64,000 nt of DNA from Mytilus edulis (Eukaryota). Positions 1 to 13,182 of the stretch are shown piece by piece. Numbering within the stretch: the stretch's first letter is position 1; each line of letters starts with the position of its first letter. A model generated the notes under the pieces. The model searched no databases. It saw only the letters and a program-made list of their open reading frames with translations, and was not told the origin of the DNA. The stretch lies in assembly GCF_963676685.1 (NCBI RefSeq), contig NC_092348.1, forward strand, positions 12,958,001 to 13,022,000, in the 5' to 3' direction. The translations under genes were made by a program, and so were the position numbers.

Positions 1-749
1 TTGTTTCTTTTTTGTGTTTTCAGTGAAGATTTTACAGAAAACCATATTCATGTTTACATAATTTGAATTATTTTTTTTGAAATCTATTTACTGGGTACCA
101 GAGCCAGGGAAATCGTCAAGACACTCATTTGGCAGATTTAAGGAGTAAATCGAACAAAATATCCTATGTTAAAATATAGTAAAGTTTTTGTCAATGCGAA
201 ATGCAAAATGACTTTAGATGGATTTGGCTACTTTTTGGTATTTTTTTTGTTATATATCTTTTCCACTCTTCCAGTTTTTATACATTCTTGCCCCCCCCCC
301 CCCCCCCCCCCGAAGTGTTGAGCATTCTTGATGAAAATGAATACAGAAAACAGCTTCGGAAACATGCGATTTAATATGTTTTTTTTTCCATCTTTTGTGA
401 CAGAAATAGCTATGAATAATGTCTAATAAGCTGTTTAACAGTCCCCTAATCGTTCATTTTCTAGTGAAAGTGTAAATAACCATACAAAGAACATTTAACT
501 TTCTCTAATTTTTACAAATGGGTCCTTTAAAAGAGGGACGAAAGATATCAGAGGGAGAGTCAAACTCATAAATAGAAAATAAACTGACAACGCCATGGCT
601 AAAAATAAAAAGACAAACAGACAAATAATAGTACAGTAGATCTGCATTGCTTTCATGGTGTTTACAACAACCATGGCTACGGTCGACCATAAAAATTATT
701 ATGGAATCCAAATTAGGGAAGAACAAAATATTAAGCGCAAATACTTTAT

Positions 750-3700
750 AACAATAATGACAATTACAATTACAGAACGTTCAGCAGATAATTCAAATGT
801 ATGATATAAAATTACATGAAAATAAAATTTTTATATTTCAAATAGAAATAAGCACCTTTAGTATAAATAAGTAGGATATAAATCAGAGTCAAACACTAAT
901 GTTATAATAGCCAGTCACAAACAGTACAAAAGCATTGGTTGATATAATGATAGAGAACTGAGCAGATACAAAAGCATATCATACAAATATATTTTGATTT
1001 CACAATAGTAATTGGTAATACTAGCAAATATCACAATATCACGTGACAGAAATACTGAGTATTCATATCGATAACATACTACATTAAATGTTTGTTGATA
1101 AAAACACAACACCATATTGAATGTACATATTTCTTCAATATTTCATACCCTAGAGTATTAAATCTGATCAATTCAACAACGACGTTATACAATAAATTTA
1201 TATAGCTAAAAGCATCAGACATGAAGCAATTTAGCATGAAGAGATTGAATGTCTCATACAGAGAGGATCAGTTATTTTAAACATGCTTTTTCTGGAAATA
1301 TAATGAAATATATGAAACTTAAATAGCTTGTGACCTTTCAAAATGAATTACTACAACGAGATATTATATATAATGATGAAACAATTATATTGTTAATGGC
1401 TTTAATGGTAATACATTTATATAATCGCAATTTTTTTAACATTATCAAGTTAACTATTTACACTCAGTTACTCATAAAAAAAATGAAATATATTATTCAG
1501 GTTTTTTAAAGTTCGTGTGGAAATCAGTTGGCTAGTTTCATTAAGAGATTTACAATGAGTCACAATACAGCTAACGGGTTGTCAGTTTCCCAGGCTACCA
1601 TCCAACTAGAAGAAAATATTTCAACGTTGGTTATAATTCACTACTAACAGACATTCCTTTCTCATTTGCTAATTGGACCTGTGTCATTCGTTAATGCCTT
1701 TTGAAATGCTTAAATGGTAATAAATTTATATAAACGCAATTTTTTGAACATTATAAAGTTAATTATTTACAATTAGTTACTCATAAAAAAATGAAATATA
1801 TTTTTTAAGGTTTTTTAAAGTTCGTATGGAAATCAGTTAGCTAGTTTCATTAAGAGATTTACAATGAGTCACAATACAGCTAAGCGGTTGTTAGTTCCCC
1901 AGGGTACCATCCAACTGGAAGAAAATATTTCAACGTTGTCAATAATCACTACCAACAGACATTGTTTTCTCATTTGCTAGTGAGAACTGTGTCATTTTGA
2001 AGGCCTTGGTCAAAGCAGGCCTCAAATGGTTTATGATCTTGATTTTTGGTTCGTAAAATAGAACGTTCCCCAATATACTAAATCGTTCAAAGTGGGTGAG
2101 GCAATTCTTTATTTATATGTTGACTGCCCAAAAAGCACTGAGACTTACAAGGGAAAGTAAATCTACACAAGTACCAATGACAGGGAAGGAAGTTTGACAT
2201 TAATTTCAAATAAAGAATTAAATTAACAGGCAAAATTGAGAAAGGACATGCGAAATTTGTCAAAGAGACAACAACCCGACCAAAGAACAGAAAAATACTT
2301 GAAATATTGATATACGCGTCTTTATATCAACTTCAACTTAACGATTTGTTTCTTTTTGTGTTTTTAGTGAATTGTTTTTTGCATATAAAATTATTACTTT
2401 AAGTTAGTATGCACATGATTTGGATCATGGACATTCCCTGGAACGGAGTAATTTACATTTCGTAATTATTGCTACAAAATGGACACTATGTGACCTACAG
2501 CAGAATTGTGTTATCTCTTGTCTAGCCTTTAGCTAAAATCGATATCTGTATATAAAAATCAGACGCTAAAGATACGATGTTCATTTATAGGTTTTCTAAG
2601 TCTTAGCTCTTACTGCCATCGACGGAAATGTATGTTTGTTAATTGATAAAAATTTGATCTTTGATCGAATAGCACAATAATCATCTTGAACCTACAAGAA
2701 ATTAATGTAACATATGCATAATTCAAAATCATATTTTTAAAGGTTTATAGATACTAGCCACAGATCACGGAAATATTTCATGTCAATTAATGGACATTCA
2801 AAATAAAACAAAATACTCTCGCATACAAGTAAAGTATGATATTAAGCCTTCGTGAATGTGAACAGGCGAACATTACCTTACATGGATGTTGCTATTATTT
2901 TGATGTCCTTGTTGGTCATAAAGATCATCACCTTTTTCATTCCCTACACATCATTGGTTTTCATAAGTATGAGGTTTAGTTAGCTTTCAAAACCACGTTA
3001 ATCCACAATTTTCTACATAAGAATATGCCTGTATCAAGCTAGTCAGAAATATGACAGATGATTTAAATTCGTTTAATGTGTTTAAGCTATTTATTTTGAT
3101 ATACGATAAGGAACATTCAGATATGAGTTTGATATTTTTATTATTTTTCTTTACTTTCACATAATCGGCTTAGAGTTTTCCGGATAAAGGTAAATCCAGA
3201 AATGAGCTTCGGGTGCATGGAATTCATATAAGTATAATGTATAGGTTTCTTTATTATTTCGACAGAAATATTGAATAGATTATGACAAACCGTTTAGCAC
3301 TATTCGATGGGGATCAAAATCGTACAATCATTAACGATATGCACTATACCAGAGCACCTTCCGCTAAAATAAGGTTTCAAATAGGTTATTTCACTGTGTA
3401 TGGCTTTGATGTTGTTTTAAATCATCTTTTCCTAATGGCGCCATAAAGGTTATAAAAATACCCAGCTAAACAATAGTAACAGAAATACCAGTAATGACAA
3501 AGTAGAATTACAATAAGGTCAGCATATCATACATACACACAATAAAGAATGCTATTAAATACTATTAAATTCTTTAAAATCATTTTACATTTTTAAATAA
3601 GAATAAGCATATTCAGTTTAATTAGAACATAAATCAGAGTCATACACGGAGTTATAAATGTTTTGATAGCCAGTTTTAAATTTACAAAAATATGGATCAA

Positions 3701-4340
3701 TATAGTGATACGTTCATTTAAGAGCAGTTACAAAAGCATATCATACGATAATGTTTTAATTTCACAATAGCAATTAGTTATGCAAATACAATAGCACAAT
3801 ACCATATCACCGGAATACTGATTACAAAAATTATTATCATACTACATTTGTTCATAGAAACACATCATTTTGTCCAATGTAGATATTTGTTCCATATTTC
3901 ATACTTGGCACAAACTCTGAAAATTGATATACGTGCATAGTTTCAACTTAAAACAGGGCGTTATGTTTTTTATTGATTTTTTTTCTTTTGAACGTGTAGT
4001 TTTCAAGTAAGCACATTTATTTGATTTTCAAATCAAAACACATGAATTTGAAAACAGTATATGACATATATAGTTGTAAAATTAAGGTTAAACGTCAGTA
4101 TGCACACCGTTTAGATCATTCAAAATCCCTGGAATGAAGTAATTACCATTTTGAATTATGAAAAAAACCCAGATAAATACAAATGCTACAAAAATATATA
4201 TACGGTGACCTACAGTAGAATTGTGTTATCTTCTGTCTAGCATACCACTAAAATCGATATCTGTATAAAAATTAGTCGGCCAAAGATAAGATGGCTATTT
4301 CTAGATTCTTCAATGTTTAGCCCTCACTGCGATCGACCAC
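750..4340. repeat. Older diverged local duplication (750-1150 ~ 3470-3905; 2300-2620 ~ 3920-4340)
   Basis: Shared motifs in the same order: ataaatcagagtca, caaaagcatatcatac, atttcacaatag, gtgacctacag(c/t)agaattgtgttatct, aaaatcgatatctgtata. Confidence 0.7.
1398..2000. repeat. Tandem duplication, 2 x ~310 bp
   Basis: 1398-1690 and 1708-1998 align almost base for base (e.g. gctagtttcattaagagatttacaatgagtcacaatacagctaa occurs in both). Confidence 0.9.
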
Positions 4341-4860
4341 ATAAAAATTCTAATTATTTGATTTTCTATTCAACAATAGTGTTGATTTGTAATGTAGTTC
4401 ATTTTCTGAATGAAATCTGGTAACATCTTTTGCAAATAATAATGATGCTTGTGTAGCACAAATTGACTATGATTAGATAGACATATAAGTATTTTACGTA
4501 CATTCAATACATCAATTTAAAAAAAAAACACGTTTATTAAATAAAATCCTTGAAATAAGAAAAATGTTAATAATAGTTATCAAAGATACCAGGGTTTTAA
4601 TTTAGTACATCAGGCTATAACTTACATCTTTTACCAAACATGTCACGAATGTTTAATTGTCTGTATTTATGAAATAGAAAATAAGAACATTTAAAGTAAT
4701 GATTGGTTCATGTCCTATGACCTGATACCGCAACTCTGTCAAAATGGTTATTGACTATACAAATATATGTTCATATTAATGTTTGAAGCAATATAATTGA
4801 AATATAAAAACGAATCCTACAGAATAAGCTTTCATCGTATATCACTTTGATTGATGTGTA

Positions 4861-7791
4861 TTAGACATTAGAAATTTTACTTGCTCTTTCTATGACAAGT
4901 AAATCAATTCCCTGTTCATCACTACTATGATAGAAACCAATAGATTGTTTCGGTGGTTCCCCTAACAGTACACCCGATTCATTTTCTAATGTTGTCATGA
5001 CAGCATCGTTGACCTTGTCGATAAGACGAGCCGTAACGCTGTGTGACTCGCCGACATTATCACTTCTATTTCGGTTTTCGTCGATATCAATATCATGTAT
5101 GTCCCAAGATTGGATATACTGGTCAATTTTTGCTTTGAAATTACTTTTAAAACTAAGATTGTTTGTATCTAACTCTAACGGGTCTCTTCCACTGAATAAA
5201 ACATTTTCGAACACCCATGGTAAAAGTCCACCAGCCAAGGTTGCCAACATTTGATTTGCACCTGATATATTATATTCATCACCAAAAGCTAACACAATAA
5301 GAACGACGAACATCAGGAATGCGCATATACACATAAATCGCCATACGGCGTGTATGATATTCGGAACGAGAGGGCCAGGTGCCCCGACGGTATCCATATA
5401 ACAAGTTGAAAAGAAAAACTTTTCTGTTAAATACGGTTGATCTTGTCGGTCTAAAAATAGAATTAGTTTTCGAATAGACCATTTTGGTATTCCATCTTTT
5501 GATACAATCAATCTCACATTTACGTCTTTTTTATTTTTCTGTTCATCACATTGACCATCTTCGTTTGCAGTTATCTGAAATGCAGTATTTTTCTGTTCTT
5601 CAAAACTGTCACTAGCAACTGCTTCAACCTGCGAGCGATTGTTTTCCACTATCAAACTATTTATTGTTTGATTAAATTTGAGATATTTTTCACCTATACC
5701 TTTAAAACAATTTCGCGCATAAAGACCAAGCATAAAAACTAGTGTAATGTACTTGAGCATGTCAGAAGAATTCATTATAATGCCTATGACTGTGTATAAA
5801 ATCATTTCAACGAAGAATATAATTGTTTCCATTGTTAACAGAACAAGGGCAAATATAGTAATCAAACACATCGGTAACACAAAAAGTTGCAAGAGTCTAT
5901 TTTTACAGGACACCGTTTCTCGTGTTTTGTCAGGTACGTTTTGCAGATGAAATAGGTCAAACATGAAACCACATCTCTTTTTACAGGAAATTAGAGCTTC
6001 TCTGTTACACATTCCTGACCATTGAGTTAGATAGGCTAAGAAATGCGCCAGTAGACGTACAGTAACGTTGATAGTTGGTACACAGTAAAAGGCTAAAGAT
6101 ATCATAATTATTGGAAAAGCAAATATGAAATAAAAAGGGTATATTATTAACCCAGCTATCCCACATATCTCGCATGGAATGAGCAGTTGAACAATTGAAC
6201 CTTTAATTTTGGCAATCTTCGAAATTTGACGCATATCCCTCATTGACCGTCTCATCAAAGATTGTAATTTCTTTTTAATTCTAGGGTTGACCAATGCAAA
6301 AACTATCACATCAGTTATAATAACGGCGTAGCAAAGTAAGAACATAGGATGAAGAGGTGTAAGAGTATATGTCAAACTCCATTTAAATGCTGGTAGAGTC
6401 AAATTCCGAACTTCCGCTGCTAGTTTCTGATCTGAAGCTTCCAAATCTTCATATTCATAGTAGAAATATACTCTGAGAGCCCAAGGAACGGATATGGCTA
6501 AAATCAGGAATAGCCTCATGGTCTGTCGAAGACATCTGTGCCATGGGTATTTTATTATGTCAACAGGTTGAATCGTACTTGTCTGCATCTCGTCCTCGGG
6601 CATCTTTTCGGTTTCTTCATCGATGTTAAGTTTCTGGGACTTTTTATCAAATAACCATTGAAACCCAAAAATGCTGCTTCTACAACACTTTTGAAAAGAT
6701 GGCGATTTTCGTATGTGACACTTTACAAATAAAGAATACACTACTTGTAAAATACCAACTGGTACATAATTTGACGGAACCAGTCTATCGTATCTAACAA
6801 CCATATCCAATTTTCGGAGAGATACAGTCACAACTTTGTTAACAGGGACCGTTTTCATTGTTTCATAAAATTTCTTTAATTTACAGACTCTATTCCACTC
6901 GAAAGAATCTTGCATGTTTTTAATCTGGTTCATTTCCACGATCGGTACATTTAAATAAGCTAATTTGGATTTGTCATCTTTTGTTATTTTTTTTATTCGA
7001 AGTTCAATCGGGTTTGACAGAATATGTTCATAGACAGTTTCTGTGTATTTCTTTCTGTACAGGGACGACGGTATGAGAAGCGGACAGAACATAAGCACAA
7101 GTATTTTGATTATGAAGATACATGTAAATAATATTTCCATCCAATAATCGCTCGATATATTCTTACATTCTAAATGTTCATTTGCTTTACTGTGACCATG
7201 CCAGCAGCATATGTATTTGAAAGCAACAACAGATTGTTCGTTTTTTACCTCTACATTACAGATCTTTTCATTTTCTACTTCATGATCGTCTTCAAGATTC
7301 ATTTTAAAGTCCATGACCAGTAGCCTTCGCAAATTGTCTTCAATGGTGGAGAAGTTATGCCTGGTAAGACACTGAGTTGGTGTCTGTTTCAACTTAACAT
7401 CAATATGTTCTGTGTTGAAGGAAAGTGTTGTGAGAGATAAGTGTTCAAACTGAGGACGGAGATAAAGCAGGCTCCGTCCATGTCTTCCATAAGTTCGAAT
7501 CCAGTCAAGTGGTTTATAAATATTCCCTTGATGGCTTTTAGATTCCAGACTCATGTGATCCTCAAATTTAAGATGAATGAATATTAGTTTCTTACCTTCA
7601 CTTAACATTAGGTTTAATTTGCTCCTCAATTCAGGATCCACTGGTTGTACTTTACAGTTCGGAATAAGTAATCCAACAGCAAATATAGTGTTATAGGGGT
7701 CACTCTCATTGTGGCCTGAATGTTTATGATTATCCTCTGTAAAACAGCATGTGAAGATACATAAAGACAGGAAAACAATAAATAATGTCAT
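4861..7791 (-). CDS. Uncharacterized multi-pass membrane protein, 976 aa, single coding exon
   Basis: Uninterrupted 2.9-kb ORF in AT-rich DNA. Hydrophobic N-terminal signal peptide (MTLFIVFLSLCIFTCCF), Cys-containing ectodomain of about 200 aa, then roughly 8-10 hydrophobic helices (e.g. WMEILFTCIFIIKILVLMFCPLLI, FMCICAFLMFVVLIVLAF). No family recognised. Confidence 0.85.
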   Translation of the reverse strand: MTLFIVFLSLCIFTCCFTEDNHKHSGHNESDPYNTIFAVGLLIPNCKVQPVDPELRSKLNLMLSEGKKLIFIHLKFEDHMSLESKSHQGNIYKPLDWIRTYGRHGRSLLYLRPQFEHLSLTTLSFNTEHIDVKLKQTPTQCLTRHNFSTIEDNLRRLLVMDFKMNLEDDHEVENEKICNVEVKNEQSVVAFKYICCWHGHSKANEHLECKNISSDYWMEILFTCIFIIKILVLMFCPLLIPSSLYRKKYTETVYEHILSNPIELRIKKITKDDKSKLAYLNVPIVEMNQIKNMQDSFEWNRVCKLKKFYETMKTVPVNKVVTVSLRKLDMVVRYDRLVPSNYVPVGILQVVYSLFVKCHIRKSPSFQKCCRSSIFGFQWLFDKKSQKLNIDEETEKMPEDEMQTSTIQPVDIIKYPWHRCLRQTMRLFLILAISVPWALRVYFYYEYEDLEASDQKLAAEVRNLTLPAFKWSLTYTLTPLHPMFLLCYAVIITDVIVFALVNPRIKKKLQSLMRRSMRDMRQISKIAKIKGSIVQLLIPCEICGIAGLIIYPFYFIFAFPIIMISLAFYCVPTINVTVRLLAHFLAYLTQWSGMCNREALISCKKRCGFMFDLFHLQNVPDKTRETVSCKNRLLQLFVLPMCLITIFALVLLTMETIIFFVEMILYTVIGIIMNSSDMLKYITLVFMLGLYARNCFKGIGEKYLKFNQTINSLIVENNRSQVEAVASDSFEEQKNTAFQITANEDGQCDEQKNKKDVNVRLIVSKDGIPKWSIRKLILFLDRQDQPYLTEKFFFSTCYMDTVGAPGPLVPNIIHAVWRFMCICAFLMFVVLIVLAFGDEYNISGANQMLATLAGGLLPWVFENVLFSGRDPLELDTNNLSFKSNFKAKIDQYIQSWDIHDIDIDENRNRSDNVGESHSVTARLIDKVNDAVMTTLENESGVLLGEPPKQSIGFYHSSDEQGIDLLVIERASKISNV

Positions 7792-9423
7792 TTTGCAATA
7801 CTATTTTCTAAGAAATTTCGATAAACCTTGTCAAATCGCACAATTTATCACTAGGCAGAATTCACAGTGCTTCAGCTCTAAATATGATCCTAGTATTGAT
7901 CGATGAAGTCATGTCTAAAAGGAGGATGAACTTAGATTATGGAAAATTGTGAACGTAGGCAGAAAAAGTATTGGAAAACACAAAACGTGTTCTCATCATC
8001 TGTAATCTGCTTTAATTGCATATATGATAATATGTGATAATGATAAATAGTTGTATCATACTCAAAGTTAAACGTCGGTGATCCATATGAAAATCTAAAA
8101 ATGATAATGATCTTTATTCATTTATAATCTTATAATCAGTGATTTTTTTATGAAAATTTAAAAAAAATACATAGACATATGCATGATAGTTGAGTAATTT
8201 TGAAAGTTTGTTCTCCTATATTCTGAATTGTTATTCAGCGTGCAAAGTTTGTTTATGTTACCGATACATATTTATATTGTTGCAAAACGAGAACAAAGAT
8301 AGACATGGAAAATTGAAAAGATACGAAGTATTTAACCCAACCATAATAAAATTTGAATATTATACGTGTGTGTGTAATTCGAAGACACCAACTCCCCCAT
8401 AACACAAATCGGTAAAAAGCAATATGCAAGTGCAGTGTTTAAAATACGCTGTTTTCGACTATTTTACCTGACTGTTTTTGGGCGAGTTCTATGTGTTATA
8501 GTAACGCGATTGCTTTTGAAACTCAGTCGATCGGTCCAACTTAATTAATCTCTCAACTTACAAAAATTGCAAGTAAAGAAATTGTTTTTAAAGAAATAAA
8601 GATAAAACGTCTATTCTTCTTAGTTTTGTGTTTTTGTATGGTGATTTATATATTTTGAGCAAATATTTAAATTCTTATTTAAGTATTTTTATTGATTTTC
8701 ATCAGGGAACCACGGGCCCGTATGCACAGTAAAGCTACTTACGTTAAGATTTGTTCCGAACGGACGGATTTTTCTACATGACCTACGATAAATTAGAATT
8801 ACGATTGGATATTTTAACTTAAGTGGTTTTGGCAGACGTTCTTTATGTATATCCCTTTCTATATCTATAGATTCTCTAATCAGTTTAGCTAGTTTCGGTG
8901 TAACTTTGAACTGTTAATACAAAATATGGATTTGCGAATATGATTTGCATCTTAATATAAACATACTGATTAGTGGGATGATTGCCGATGAGACAATTAT
9001 CAATAAAGACCAAAGGACAAACATGTGAACAATAACAGGTCACTGTACGGATTTAAACTATGTATAAACTCATACCGTATAAGTAAGCTAGGCCACGGGA
9101 GGTCAAGATTTTAAACAACCTCATACCGTATAAGTAAGCTAGGCCACGGGAGGACAAAATCTTAAACAAATCAAAAGAGTAAAACAACGGCTTTATGTTA
9201 CTACAACAATGAACGAAATACAAATATGACGGACTTAAACTAAAGAACAACTAGGCCTTTCGCTGTTTATTTTCGATTTGCTAAACAATCATTTGAGTTG
9301 ACTTTGCGGATATGATATGTATCTTGAACACAATAAAATCAAGAATACAAGTTATTAAGTATCACGGTATAAAAATATACTGTCAATTATAGAAAGGAAA
9401 CTCATTGTTCCTATTCTGCTGAT

Positions 9424-9556
9424 ATAGAAACCATAACCGTCTACACTTAACTACTGATAGAAACCATAACCGTCTACACTTAACTACTGATAGAAACCAT
9501 AACCGTCTACACTTAACTACTGATAGAAACCATAACCGTCTACACTTAACTACTGA
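9424..9556. repeat. Minisatellite, 33-bp unit x4
   Basis: atagaaaccataaccgtctacacttaactactg repeated four times, identical. Confidence 0.95.
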
Positions 9557-9800
9557 AAGCAGTTCTTAGAAACGTCTTGTAGAGTGCGAAAAGAGAAGAT
9601 TGTTTGAAAGGATTATATCAAGTATGTACAGAACTTTTAAATTCTTGCGAGTAGATTTATGATTTCACAATAAATGTTTATATATTGAAAGTTTCAGCTC
9701 CCTCAGGCAAAGTTGACCTTAGATTGATCTGGCTACTTTTTTATAGCACTTCAACTGTTTCGGTTCTTCTACATCCTGGACCTTTACATATTCAGCTTTG

Positions 9801-9843
9801 AGCGTTCCTGATGATGGTAAATCCAGAAAAACGCTTCAGACGC
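9801..9843 (+). ncRNA. Type I hammerhead ribozyme motif (family 2) in a dispersed repeat
   Basis: gcgttc-CTGATGA-tgg taaat cca-GAAA-aacgct-TC-agacgc. Conserved core, stem II tgg/cca, stem I gcgtt/agacgc, near-palindromic stem III. Decayed relatives at about 320, 3175, 34055 and 34785. Confidence 0.65.
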
Positions 9844-11772
9844 ATGCCATTTATAACGTGTTGTTTTAATTTTTCAATAAAATTTTGAAATCACATTGAT
9901 AAATTCATAATATTTATATCCTTATTGTAAAGATATTTTAGTAAGGAAACTATTGCATGTATTTAAAGCTGAGCCTTAACTGCAACGTTCCATATTTTTC
10001 TCGTTGTTGAGGGCCGTACGGTGACCTATTATTGATCATATATCTTGATCATATTAACTATGGTGGATAGTTGTGTCATAAGGAATCTTACAACGTATCC
10101 TTGTTTTTATATAAGAAACACATCAAATGTAAAATACGGCAATTTTAAACTGCAAAATTGTTTGTAAAACTACGCTCTATGCCCAATTTATCCGTTTCTT
10201 ATTGAAATAAAGTTGCATCGTTCAAGATATTTTATTTGTTTGAACTTTTGACTTCATCCTCTACTATATAGTTATTTTAAAGTTAAGTGCATATTAAAGG
10301 ATTAAAAGTGAGAGGGTTATATTTTCAAAAAAAATTAAAAAAATTAACACAGTAACATATCAAAATGCAGGCTTCCCTAAGTCACAAACCTCCTTCGTGA
10401 TTGTCTTATGCCAAATCTTTAGTTTTGTGTTTACAAGAGGAATTTTGTGTTACATATAGTCTTACACACTTTGTAGGTCTGTGTCATCCCGTGACATTTG
10501 TCTGTCCAAAGTCAGAAATTTCTTCAGTGGATTACAATGTTAAACCTGATTGCTTGGGATTATTTGAAGAACTTGGTATTGATTGAGGACATTTGATAGT
10601 TTCTTTTCACAACCTTTGTAGTATAGGCACACGGCTGTATGTATGTGAAACTCTTGATGACTTTTGGTTATTTGAATATATTCATTCTGATATCAAAATA
10701 TCTCTTGAAAAATGCGTGCAAATATACGTTTTACAACGCATGACTTATTGTTGATTCGTAATTAACCACTTATACAAGATTTAATTTATCTTGAGGTTTT
10801 ATATTCGGCCAATGATTATTTTGCTAGGTAGACCTTCAAGGTTACTGATAAATAACTAATATCAAAAGATAGGCGAAAGATACCAAAGGGATTTTCTAAC
10901 TCACAAAGCTACGAAATGGACACATCATATCGTTGCCAATACATTGATCTAAAACTCGTTTTGATGGTTAAGTGAGGCTACAGTTTTGGCTTCGAAATCG
11001 GAAATTCTTACTATTATAAATGACATAAGTTGTTCAGTTATTTGTAAATAAAAAAACCATGCCTGTACGATAACATTATTTATACTCAGATTTAGCTAAC
11101 AGCGCTAATCAAGATTACAATCTACTTAATAAAATAACATGTATGCACTGATATAGGCGGATTGTTCGATAAAATTTTTAGCAACAGTATGAAAATATGT
11201 AAAATTTTATTGATTTCTTTGATATATTTCAGCCTATCATCGGTGTCAAGCTAATAGATAGATAGGAAATCATAACATTTATTGTCAGATTAGTTGTTTG
11301 CTGCAGACACAAATACTAAGTTAATAGAATTATCCGTATGTTATTACAAATGTAGATGTTATGTTACCAACTGGTGGGCTTCCTGAATATATACATTTTG
11401 CAGTTGATTGTCGTTTTGATCAATTTCAGTTTTGTTCTGCTGATTCAAAATTGGTATTTATTTCACCTTAATTGGTTATACTTTCCATGTCATTTCATAA
11501 ACATGCACTATCGTACGTAGGCAGAAAGTACAGCAGAAAAATCAACATTATAATTCGTAATAATTTTGCTTTAGATGTATAATAAAAGTGATTAGAATGT
11601 TTAATGTACAAAGATTAAAAGTTTGATGTCCAGAAGGTTATTAAATTTGTCTTACAATTCTTACAATTTGTAGGACACTCGAAATTTCGTGTGATTTCGT
11701 TTTTCCTTTAAAGTTAAAATACATATAAATGTATATTTATGAATCTGACTTAAAAATCAACTCATATTTTTT

Positions 11773-11933
11773 CAGTGGCGGATCCAGAAACTTTCATTAG
11801 TGGGGGCCCACTGACTGCCTAAGAGGGGCCTGCTCCAGTCATGCTTCAGTGATTCCCTAAATAATCAACCAAATTTTTCGCACAAAAGGGGGGGGATGTC
11901 CCCCTCCTCCCCAAAGAAAGTAATCCGCCTCTA
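11773..11933. mobile_element. Small MITE with terminal inverted repeats
   Basis: GC-rich 160-bp island beginning cagtggcggatc and ending atccgcctcta (imperfect inverted termini) in T-rich flanks. Confidence 0.6.
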
Positions 11934-13019
11934 TTTTTGTTTAATTTATGAAGTCAAGGGCTTGCTATCAATGTCTTATAAGTTGCTTATACACACGTAC
12001 GCTATGTGTGGTTCTCAAACACCCTGTATCACAACCCTGTTTGGAATACTTCTAGAATTATCTTGTTTTAATATATGGTAAAGTGAACACCAAATGGTTT
12101 AGAACGATGACCTATAGTTGCAGACATTACCGGCATGAGAATTTTGACGGATTGCTTTCCATTGACAATCATAATACATTCCCTTATTTCCATGATGCAT
12201 TGTTTTGCATGCTATAACAATCCTTGGTTGATATTAGTACGTAGGCATACAGGTATCTCTCGTGTTTATACAAAATATATAGTGAACTTTACTATACTGT
12301 ATGGGTTTTTATCATTGTTGAAGGCCATACGGTTGCCTATATATTTTTTTTTTATCTAACCTCCATTACATTTCTAGGATTATGATTGGTTAAAATCGAC
12401 CGCGTGTAAACCGTGTTTATTTTAAAAAACACGGTTAGTAGTAGTGTTACGTCCTTTTATAAAAACAACACGGCGATGAGGAAAATCTGAAACGTTTTGC
12501 CCGGACAACATATGAAGGATTTGTTGATGAACGATTGAAATAAATGCAGAAAACACTTTAAAAGCTAATAAGTTTGGTATAAATATTGATTTTGTTATCA
12601 GTAAATTAAAAGCTAACTAAATTTTACTAGTATGTTATATGTATATACATATTCATGGATCTACAATCTGTCGATACCTGTAACTTGGCATTGCACAAGG
12701 TCATGTTTTTCTCTGGCTGTTTATGACGTCTTTACACTTAATCCATTGGATGTTGGATGTGTACGGATTGATAATTTAGTCTTATCGGTCGTCCCACTGT
12801 CTATATCACTCTGTTCAGCTCTTAATATTATTCCGTATCATGTCTTTGTGACGTCAAATACGTTGACCCGGCCTTAATAACTTTGACCCGGACATATCAG
12901 CGACGTCATAATGTTTGAACCGACGTTAATAACTTTGACCCGAACTTATCAAGTCATCTTTTGGGTGCTGGTGAAACAAAGAAAACACTTCTGAAACACG
13001 CAAATATAGCCCGATAAAT

Positions 13020-13182
13020 CGATTATCAGATTATCTGCATATTGATATTGTAAAATATCAGCTGCTTGACATAATATGAAGGCTTTTTGATCTCGTTCGC
13101 TACGCTCACTCGACAAAAAGCTTCATATTATGTCTCGCAGCTGATATTTAACGATATCAACATACAGATAACCTGATAATCG
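13020..13182. repeat. Long imperfect inverted repeat (~70-bp arms), probable end of a non-autonomous DNA element
   Basis: cgattatcagattatctg...gacataatatgaaggcttttt pairs with aaaaagcttcatattatgtc...cagataacctgataatcg around the loop ctcgttcgctacgctcactcg. Confidence 0.85.

Noticed and set aside
291-311. C21 homopolymer as a G-quadruplex or regulatory element
   Set aside because: Lies in a decayed repeat; length unreliable and no supporting context.
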